Of a stretch of 64,000 bases of DNA, positions 31,722 to 39,057 are shown in pieces. The position numbers and the translations under genes are program-made. A model generated the notes under the pieces. The model was not told the DNA's origin. It ran no database searches and worked only from the letters and a program-made list of their open reading frames with translations. Source of the DNA: an uncultured Hoeflea sp. (lineage in GTDB: Bacteria > Pseudomonadota > Alphaproteobacteria > Rhizobiales > Rhizobiaceae); the NCBI RefSeq assembly GCF_963975635.1, contig NZ_CAXBIE010000014.1, one strand, 5' to 3'. Positions within the stretch are counted from its first letter, which is position 1; each line of letters starts with the position of its first letter.

Positions 31722-33200
31722 ATGAGCACCGCAGGATTTCAGTTCGACAATTCCTATGCGCGCGAGCTTGAGGGGTTTTACGTGCCCTGGAAGGGGGCGG
31801 AAGTGCCGGCGCCGCGGATGATCCGTTTCAACACGCCGCTTGCCGACGAACTTGGACTGGATGGAGCAGCACTCGACAGTGATGCCGGGGCGGTCATTTT
31901 CGCCGGGCATAAGGCGCCTGACGGGGCCGAGCCTTTGGCGATGGCCTATGCCGGGCATCAGTTTGGCGGCTTCTCGCCACAGCTTGGCGATGGCCGGGCG
32001 CTGCTTCTGGGCGAAGTGATCGACATAAACGGCAAACGCCGCGACCTTCACCTCAAGGGTTCGGGCCGCACCCCGTTCTCGCGTGGCGGCGACGGCAAGG
32101 CGGTGCTCGGACCGGTGTTGCGCGAATACATAATCGGCGAAGCCATGCATGCGCTGGGCGTGCCGACGACGCGGGCGCTGGCGGCGGTTGCCACAGGCGA
32201 GCAGATCATGCGTCAGGACGGGCCGGAGCCGGGCGCTGTGCTGGCACGGGTGGCATCAAGCCATTTGCGCGTCGGCACGTTCCAGTTTTTCGCCGCCCGC
32301 GGCGAGGTCGAACGGCTGCGGCAACTGGCCGACTACGCCATTGCCCGGCATTACCCGGAGCTGTCGGGGCAGCCGGATCGGTATCTCGGGCTTCTCAAGG
32401 TGGTGCGCGACCGGCAGGCGGCGCTGATTGCCAAATGGATGCTGGTTGGCTTCGTGCACGGGGTGATGAACACCGACAACATGACCATCTCCGGCGAGAC
32501 CATCGATTACGGGCCTTGCGCCTTTATCGATGGCTACGATCCGGCCACCGTGTTCAGTTCGATCGACCGGCATGGCCGTTACGCCTATGGCAACCAGCCG
32601 AAGATTGCGCAGTGGAACCTGGCGCGGCTCGCCGAGACCCTGCTGGATCTGATCAATCCCGATGACAGCGACGATGCGGTGCGGCAGGCCGGCGAGGTGG
32701 TCAACGGCTTTCCGCTTGCCTATGAGCGGGCCTGGCTTTCGGGCATGCGGGCCAAGCTCGGTCTGGTTGACGAGGAAGCCGGCGATATGGACCTTGCAAC
32801 CGGGCTGCTTGCGGTTCTGGAAACCCAGAACGCGGATTACACCCGTGTGTTCCGCAGCCTCTCAGTGGCTGCGTCAGGGGACACGACAGCAAGCCGCTCC
32901 CTGTTTGAAAATCCCGCCGGGTTCGATGTCTGGCTGCCGCTGTGGCAGGCGCGGCTGCAACGCGACACTGCTGCTGCAGAGGCGCGTGCGGCGCATATGA
33001 ACCGGGTCAATCCGGTCTATGTGCCGCGCAACCATATGGTCGAGGCCGCGCTTTCCTCGGCGACCAAGGGCGATCTTGACTCCTTCGAACGGTTGCTTGG
33101 CGTGCTGGAGGATCCGTTTACCGAACGGCCGGGGCTTGAGGTGTTTGCGCTTGGTGCACCGTCGGATTTCGGGCCCTATACCACCTATTGCGGCACCTGA
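31722..33200 (+). CDS. selO: protein adenylyltransferase SelO (YdiU)
   Basis: YAGHQFGGFSPQLGDGRA, KGSGRTPFSRGGDG, HGVMNTDN, IDYGP, C-terminal YCGT. Confidence 0.95.
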   Translation: MSTAGFQFDNSYARELEGFYVPWKGAEVPAPRMIRFNTPLADELGLDGAALDSDAGAVIFAGHKAPDGAEPLAMAYAGHQFGGFSPQLGDGRALLLGEVIDINGKRRDLHLKGSGRTPFSRGGDGKAVLGPVLREYIIGEAMHALGVPTTRALAAVATGEQIMRQDGPEPGAVLARVASSHLRVGTFQFFAARGEVERLRQLADYAIARHYPELSGQPDRYLGLLKVVRDRQAALIAKWMLVGFVHGVMNTDNMTISGETIDYGPCAFIDGYDPATVFSSIDRHGRYAYGNQPKIAQWNLARLAETLLDLINPDDSDDAVRQAGEVVNGFPLAYERAWLSGMRAKLGLVDEEAGDMDLATGLLAVLETQNADYTRVFRSLSVAASGDTTASRSLFENPAGFDVWLPLWQARLQRDTAAAEARAAHMNRVNPVYVPRNHMVEAALSSATKGDLDSFERLLGVLEDPFTERPGLEVFALGAPSDFGPYTTYCGT

Positions 33201-33286
33201 TCGGACCGGTTGCCGCAATGGCGATGGATAAACGATCCGGCACGGGCCATACTCAGGCCTGATGGAACAGTCGTAAGGCACGCGCA

Positions 33287-34492
33287 ATGAGCCAGGACAT
33301 GCATTTTGATCTGGTTATCCTTGGTATTCTCGTTGCCTTCATTGTCTATTCGCTTCTCACCCGCGCCGTTGACAGGTCACTGCTGACGCTGCCGATCATC
33401 TTCATGTGCCTGGGCTACGGGCTGTCGGAGCCATTGCGCAACGCCGCGCCGCCCGAAATTCTGAACGAAGGCAAACGGTTGCTTGCGGAAGTCACGCTGG
33501 TGCTGGTGCTGTTTTCCGATGCCTCGCATGTACAGTTCTCGCAGCTCAAGCAAAGCTGGCGGCTGCCGGCCCGGATGCTGCTGATCGGCCTGCCATTGTC
33601 CATTGCGCTGGGCATGCTGGTGACCTGGCTGATCAGCCCGGAGGGCGGTCTTGCCATGGCGTTGCTGACCGCCGCCGTGCTGACGCCGACGGACGCGGCG
33701 CTGGGCCAGAACGTTGTTACCAGCGCAAATGTGCCCGAGAAGCTCAGTGAAACGATCAATGTCGAAAGCGGGCTCAATGACGGGCTGGTGCTGCCCTTCG
33801 TGCTGCTGGGCGCGATCCTGGCCTCTGCGGGAATGGCGGATGCCAATACCGGCGGGCTGGCACTCAAGGCGGTGCTGCAGATCGTGCTTGGGCCACTGGC
33901 AGGCATTGCCACCGGCTGGGTGGTGGCGCGGCTGATGGATGTGGCGCAGGCACGCCGGCTGATTGCCGCATCGGCGGAAGGCGTGGTGTTTCTGGCCGCC
34001 AGCTTTGCAGCCTATGTTCTGGCGGGTGCAATCGGCGGCAATGGCTTCATCGCGGCCTTCGTCGCCGGCATGATCTTCGGCAACAGCTACAAGCACAATA
34101 TCCGGTTTGTCCGCGAATTCATGGAAGGCGCCGGATTGCTTCTGACCATGTCGTCCTTCCTGGTGTTCGGCGCGTTGCTGCTGCCTGACGGGCTGGCGCA
34201 TGCCTCGATCAAGACGGTGGTGATCGCGGTGATGTTTCTCACGGTGGTGCGGGTGGGGGCGATCTGGCTGTCGCTGACCGGGTCGGGCCTCAAGACCAGC
34301 GAGAAGCTGTTTCTGGGCTGGTTCGGACCGCGCGGGCTGGCCTCGATCCTGTTCACGCTGGTGATCATCGACGAGTTCGAGTTTCCCAACGAAGCCGAAC
34401 TGCTGGCTTGCGTGTCGATGACCGTGGCGCTGTCGATCCTGGTCCACGGACTGAGCTCAACACCGCTGGCCAGATGGATCGGCAAGCGGTGA
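33287..34492 (+). CDS. cation:proton antiporter (CPA1/NhaP-like)
   Basis: About 12 TMs, LTPTDAALG, VESGLNDG, GWFGPRGLAS. Confidence 0.92.
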   Translation: MSQDMHFDLVILGILVAFIVYSLLTRAVDRSLLTLPIIFMCLGYGLSEPLRNAAPPEILNEGKRLLAEVTLVLVLFSDASHVQFSQLKQSWRLPARMLLIGLPLSIALGMLVTWLISPEGGLAMALLTAAVLTPTDAALGQNVVTSANVPEKLSETINVESGLNDGLVLPFVLLGAILASAGMADANTGGLALKAVLQIVLGPLAGIATGWVVARLMDVAQARRLIAASAEGVVFLAASFAAYVLAGAIGGNGFIAAFVAGMIFGNSYKHNIRFVREFMEGAGLLLTMSSFLVFGALLLPDGLAHASIKTVVIAVMFLTVVRVGAIWLSLTGSGLKTSEKLFLGWFGPRGLASILFTLVIIDEFEFPNEAELLACVSMTVALSILVHGLSSTPLARWIGKR

Positions 34493-34553
34493 AGCGCGGT
34501 TTGATTTACAGTCGAAATGCAAATGTGTTATTTCAAATAAAGAGGGGATCTAT

Positions 34554-35102
34554 ATGGAAGATTTTTTATGTAGTGCAAAAGCATCTATTTGTGCGCTGGA
34601 TATAGCCATTAAATATGCCGAGAAGCAGATGGGTTGGTACAGTTTTTCTGGTTTATCAAAATTTTTATTGTACAGAATATCTGGTTTGTTCGCTATATTT
34701 TCAACGCTTTTCGTCGCTTACCTTTCTGCGTCCCTATCTGAGAAGGAAGGTGAGTTTTTGGGATATAAAAGAAGTAATCTTATTTCCATATTTTCATTCT
34801 CTGCGGCAATTTCTATCTCTCTCTCCAGCTTTTTCGCTTGGGATTCATCGTGGAAAAGTCATAGAATTGCGCAGTTTGAACTTGAGTCCACTTTAAATGC
34901 TACAAAGATTGAAAGATATCGATTGCTGGAAGAGGAGAATGATGAAGAGCTCTTCAAGCTCGCGGAGAAGCTCTCCAGAGATGTTGGCGACATCGTTCTG
35001 AAGGAGAGTGAACTCTTTTTCAACGGCCTGAAATCAGCCCAAAATTCGGTAGGGTCGGGAATAAACCCGCCGTCTGGTACCGTTGGACAAGACTCAGATT
35101 GA
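34554..35102 (+). CDS. SLATT/DUF4231-like two-TM protein, low GC
   Basis: Helix, two TMs, then WDSSWKSHRIAQFELE motif and charged helical tail; AT-rich (17/60 G+C on line 34741). Confidence 0.65.
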   Translation: MEDFLCSAKASICALDIAIKYAEKQMGWYSFSGLSKFLLYRISGLFAIFSTLFVAYLSASLSEKEGEFLGYKRSNLISIFSFSAAISISLSSFFAWDSSWKSHRIAQFELESTLNATKIERYRLLEEENDEELFKLAEKLSRDVGDIVLKESELFFNGLKSAQNSVGSGINPPSGTVGQDSD

Positions 35103-35117
35103 TGAGGCGTTGAAGCC

Positions 35118-35336
35118 TCAGGCCTTTTTCAGAAACTCGGTCCTGAGCACCAGGCCCTTGATCTTTTCGACCCGGCATTCAACCTCGTCGGGATTGCCGG
35201 TCAGCCGGATGCCCTTGACCATGGTGCCGCGTTTGATGGTCGAGGAGGTGCCCTTGACCTTGAGGTCCTTGATTACGGTGACGTTGTCGCCATCGGCCAG
35301 CACCGTGCCATTGGAATCCCGGGTTTCGTCGCTCAT
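35118..35336 (-). CDS. PhnA/YjdM-family protein, C-terminal domain only
   Basis: DSNGTVLADGDNVTVIKDLKVKG...LRTEFLKKA; no zinc ribbon. Confidence 0.85.
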   Translation of the reverse strand: MSDETRDSNGTVLADGDNVTVIKDLKVKGTSSTIKRGTMVKGIRLTGNPDEVECRVEKIKGLVLRTEFLKKA

Positions 35337-35440
35337 TGCGCTTGCCTTTATGTTTGGTATGCCAGTGGTTTAGCGCGCAGAGGCGGGCAAAGGAAAGGGC
35401 TGTTGCCTCTGTGGGGTCAAAATTCCTCGGAATTCGGCTG

Positions 35441-36190
35441 CTACCGGCAATCGAGCGGGCGGATTTCGCCCACTTCTATTGTTGCTCCGTGATCATCAGT
35501 GGCCAGAAACCGCGGCTGTGCGCCGCCATCAAAAACACCGCATGTCAGATGACCCGAATGGACCGCACCGGTGTCCAGAGCGATTCGGTTGGTATGCAGC
35601 TCGGGCAGGGATGACGCGGTCATGGTGTGGCCGTGGACAATGATCTTGGGCAGCGGGGCCTTGTAGTCGAGGAAGCTGTCGCGGATCCAGCGTGTGGTTA
35701 CCGGGTCCTGCTCGCCGAGCGGCAGATGCGGATCGATGCCGCCATGGACGAAGCAGTAACGGTCCGTCTCCGCCATCCAGCCGGCATTGCGCAGGGCTGC
35801 GATGTGGCCGGGATTGTCTCTGCCCAGTTGTTCGGCAATCGCGTCAAGCTCCCCGGTGTCCGCAAATCGGTAGGAGTGCAGCGTTTCGCTGCCGCCATTG
35901 GGGAACCAGCGGCGGGCTGCTGTTTCGCGGGCTTGCGGCGAAGCAGCATCCAGGAAGGTCAGCATGAACTCCTCGTGGTTGCCGAGAATCAGACGGGAGT
36001 CCGACTGTGATTGAAGCGTGCCGATCACCAGGTCGAGGCATTGCCGGCTTTCCGGCCCGCGGTCGATGATGTCGCCAAGAAAGACGATGCGGTGTTTCTG
36101 GCCGCCGGAGTCCTTGCTGATGGCACTGAGCAAGGCAGCCAGCAGGTCGCGCCGGCCGTGAACATCGCCGATGGCATAGGTCAGTGTCAT
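35441..36190 (-). CDS. PPP-family metallophosphoesterase (Ser/Thr phosphatase-like)
   Basis: GDVHG, GDIIDRG, GNHE, FVHGG, VHGHT, DTGA. Confidence 0.92.
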   Translation of the reverse strand: MTLTYAIGDVHGRRDLLAALLSAISKDSGGQKHRIVFLGDIIDRGPESRQCLDLVIGTLQSQSDSRLILGNHEEFMLTFLDAASPQARETAARRWFPNGGSETLHSYRFADTGELDAIAEQLGRDNPGHIAALRNAGWMAETDRYCFVHGGIDPHLPLGEQDPVTTRWIRDSFLDYKAPLPKIIVHGHTMTASSLPELHTNRIALDTGAVHSGHLTCGVFDGGAQPRFLATDDHGATIEVGEIRPLDCR

Positions 36191-36499
36191 GGGGAGTCCT
36201 CATGGGTGGTATCGGATGATATGGCAGCGGCGCGAGACAATTAAGGCACAACCGGTGCGATGGCTGCAATCCCTTATGCAAAACCAAGGGCTTGGCTGCA
36301 ATGCGTTGCCCCCACAGGCGGCAAAAGGCCCGGCTGGCAGGCCGGTTCATGCTGTCAGCGGCCGGGTGCTGAGCAAAAGTCTTTGCCAAAACCGCCCATC
36401 AGGGTTGAAAAAAAGCCGTTTGAGCGGCACATAGCAGTTGGATCGCCGCATCTGGCGGCCTGCCGACCGGCATAGATCCCAAACCAGGATGAATTTCGT

Positions 36500-36877
36500 T
36501 TGAAAAAGCAAGTACGCACCGCCTTCACCGACCGCCGTCAGGATGCCATGGAAGCCAAGAAGAAGCTTCTGGAGAAAATGAAGGCGGCACCGAAGGCGGA
36601 TGACCCGGAAATGATCGCCAAGCGCGCCGAACGCGCTGCTGTGGCCAAGGCCCGCGAAGAACGCCATGCCGAACGCGCCCGGTTGAAGCTCGAAGAGCAG
36701 GAACGCAAGGCAGCGCAGGACGCCGCCGATGCGGCAGCAGCCTATGAAGCCGCCCATGCCGAGGAAATCGCCCGCGAAGCGGACGAAAAGGCCCGTGCTG
36801 ACCGTGCCGTGGCCGACATGGCCGCGATGAAGGAAAAACGCGATCAACGTTATGCGGCGCGCAAGGCACGCCGCTAG
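36500..36877 (+). CDS. DUF6481-like helical small protein
   Basis: AKKKLLEKMKAAPKADDP...RDQRYAARKARR pattern; TTG start. Confidence 0.75.
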   Translation: MKKQVRTAFTDRRQDAMEAKKKLLEKMKAAPKADDPEMIAKRAERAAVAKAREERHAERARLKLEEQERKAAQDAADAAAAYEAAHAEEIAREADEKARADRAVADMAAMKEKRDQRYAARKARR

Positions 36878-37142
36878 ATCGTTTCATCGCTGGATCAGTC
36901 CGGACTCTGTTCGGCAAGCGGCAGATGGCGCAGCTCGGTGAGCTGCGCGTCCACTCCCGGCAGGCCAAATATCCGCGCGTGACACTGTCACCGGCGGCTT
37001 GAGGCTTGTCGATTTTTCCGGCCCCGGGCCGGAATGCGGGGCGCGCGCGGCGTGCCCGAATGGATACATGGGTGTGGCTTTGGCCCGTAGTTTGGCCGCG
37101 CAGATACACAGTGCCTGCAAAGCTGGCCAAACCACTTAAGTG

Positions 37143-37190
37143 GTGCATGTACGTTTCGCCCGATTGCAAACAATCGGGTGCGACATGCAC
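37143..37190. repeat. half copy of the RIME-like element
   Basis: GTGCATGT...CCCGATTG-CAAA-CAATCGGG...ACATGCAC hairpin with the same ends as the element's GCATGT hairpin. Confidence 0.6.
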
Positions 37191-37279
37191 GCGCGGCACC
37201 CCGCCGGTGTCGGACCCGTTGCCTTCCGGGCGCCGGGGAAGTCCGGGACAGATCACGATCACGCGCTGCGGACGATTCG

Positions 37280-37387
37280 CTACAGCGCCGCGCATCCAAT
37301 TGGATGCGCAAAGGTCGCTGTAACACTTTGAAATGATGCATGTACGTTATCGTTCAAATGAATACATCTGAACGCGACATGCATTGG
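37280..37387 (+). repeat. RIME-like palindromic intergenic element, copy 2
   Basis: CTACAGCGCCGCGCATCCAATTGGATGCGCAAAGGTCGCTGTAACACTTTGAAATGATGCATGT...ACATGCAT; inverted near-identical copy at 6428-6531. Confidence 0.85.
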
Positions 37388-38104
37388 TGTTCAGCGGCCC
37401 GCGCCGCCGAACCCGTCCTGCCCGAATGCCTTCAGACCTTGCGGCCATTTGGCATGCGGGCCTGCCGGGCGCCGACACGGGTCAGCGCGTCTTCCGGCAC
37501 CGGCATGGCTGCTTCCTGCTTCGACGCGCGGTCGGAGGCAGGGCCGCGCCGGGATGTCGCTCCTCTGTCCCTCCGGCCGGCGCGGTTCGGCTCCGCGCGG
37601 ACCGGATCGACCGTCCTTCGCCGCTCCGGGGTCCGTCGTCCCGAAACATCCGATCTGGCGAAGGCGGAACCAGCCTCGCATGGATGGCTGGCATGTGGAA
37701 AAGATCGCGGCGGATTCTGCGCAAGTGCCTGGGATTGTTGGCGGCGGGGGCCGGGTTTGTGCACGGCTTGCGTCAGATTTTGGACTCGGGCCGACCCCCT
37801 CACCAACAAAATCTGCGACTTAGCTGAAGCCAAGACCGCGATTTTGTATCCTCTCCCACCAAGGGGCGAGGAGAGGGTGCCGCGGTTTCCGCGATTCGGC
37901 CTCTGCTCGTTGCGGGTGACGAAGCAATTTCAGTATCTTAGCGCAAGCCAAGTGCTTGGAATTGCAGGTGAGGGGCGGCGGCAGTTGTCCGGCACACTCT
38001 CTCTCCGTCGTCATCCCAGGCCTCCGAGCCGAGGATCCATTCCGTGATGTTATTTAAGCTCACCAGAGGAGTGCTGCCCCACCGGTTGATGGGGCAGCTT
38101 GCTG

Positions 38105-38263
38105 TTATCGGCGAGAGGGTTCTCCTTTAGTGTCGCCCCTGCCAGGCTTGGGTATTCTCTCAACCGTCGTCGTTTTCGGCCGTCTTTCTGCTTCCTTCAC
38201 GGGAATAAATTTTCCGGAACCTGAATCGCGACCAACGTCAAATGTTTTGCGTTCTTTCGGCAT
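38105..38263 (-). CDS. 52-aa basic micro-protein absent from the ORF track
   Basis: Translated by hand: MPKERKTFDVGRDSGSGKFIPVKEAERRPKTTTVERIPKPGRGDTKGEPSRR; RBS GAGGT 5 nt upstream; GRD..SGKFIPVKEA.RRP.TTTVE pattern recalled from a widespread small-protein family. Confidence 0.8.
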   Translation of the reverse strand: MPKERKTFDVGRDSGSGKFIPVKEAERRPKTTTVERIPKPGRGDTKGEPSRR

Positions 38264-38341
38264 ATCTTACCTCAGTCTTCTTGGGAGGATTTCACAATGC
38301 ATGCGGACCTTCAATTGAAGATCCGCATGTCATGTTTTATG

Positions 38342-38548
38342 TTACTGCGTGTGGCAGGGCAGGCTGCAGAATTTACAACCGTTAACTTGGCTGTAGTACT
38401 TCTTGGCCGCTGTCACTGCTGGTGCACATGTTGTGAACTCACCGAGATAGATCCTGTTCGAATCCGCCGGTATGAAATTGCACCCAGTCGTGTGCACTTC
38501 ATGATCGCCGCTGGATTGAGCATTCTTATTGACGTAGTATGAGGACAT
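38342..38548 (-). CDS. 68-aa Cys/His-rich hypothetical protein
   Basis: RBS AAGGAG; YYVNKNAQ..GDHEVH...C...NGCKFC..CHT pattern; hairpin CATGCGGACCTTC-AATT-GAAGATCCGCATG just downstream. Confidence 0.85.
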   Translation of the reverse strand: MSSYYVNKNAQSSGDHEVHTTGCNFIPADSNRIYLGEFTTCAPAVTAAKKYYSQVNGCKFCSLPCHTQ

Positions 38549-38783
38549 GATTCACGCTCCTTTCTCCCGCATCACTTTGACGCAAACCTCTCCTGAAGCT
38601 TGACATCCGTTGATCGAAAGAACAGCATGTCCATGCTTAGCAAAGCACATGAACGCAAGGGCGGCGGGTCCGCCTTGGCTGTTCCGAGGGCAGTACGATT
38701 AGCGTCGTGCTGCCCTTCTTTGTTACTGTCGTTGACCAACTAGTTTGGGTCAATGACAATCGCTCGTTTCGCCGTCTTGATGC

Positions 38784-38950
38784 TTATCCACAGGGGGCAT
38801 TGACGAATCGTCTGGTTACGTGCATTAAGAGAATTGACCACTAAATCACGGTCACTGCAAATACTCACCCACTATATGTTGTGTTATCTTGCGCGCAAAT
38901 GCTTTTTTCGCATTTGCTGTGGATAATTGTTTATCCACAGGTTATCCACT
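38784..38950. promoter_or_regulatory. DnaA-box cluster
   Basis: TTATCCACA 38784-38792, TGTGGATAA 38918-38926, TTATCCACA 38931-38939, TTATCCACT 38942-38950. Confidence 0.8.
38838..38884 (-). promoter_or_regulatory. tandem NrdR boxes over a leftward sigma70 promoter
   Basis: CCACTATATGTTGTGT (38869-38884) and weaker CCACTAAATCACGGTC (38838-38853), starts 31 bp apart; minus strand reads TTGCGC-N16-TATAGT with the -10 inside the strong box. Confidence 0.65.
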
Positions 38951-39009
38951 GTTTACAAACTGTGGTTTTACAATCCCGTTTTCGTGTTTCCGATATGTTC
39001 CGTTTATGA

Positions 39010-39033
39010 TTCTTGGGGCCGAAGCCCCAAGAA
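39010..39033 (-). terminator. nrdJ terminator hairpin
   Basis: TTCTTGGGGC-CGAA-GCCCCAAGAA perfect 10-bp stem 24 nt past the nrdJ stop. Confidence 0.8.
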
Positions 39034-39057
39034 TATTGCTTGTGTAGAAACCTATCC

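Noticed and set aside
37225-37250. GGGGAAGTCCGGG resembling the RNase P RNA motif GAGGAAAGTCCGGG
   Set aside because: No other rnpB conserved elements nearby.
37340-38047. Overlapping Arg/Pro/Gly-rich ORFs in all frames
   Set aside because: Typical of very GC-rich non-coding DNA; they cross repeat elements and lack RBS or motifs.
38784-38950. Calling the DnaA-box cluster oriC
   Set aside because: No hemE or other origin-linked genes and no clear unwinding element; kept only as a regulatory cluster.
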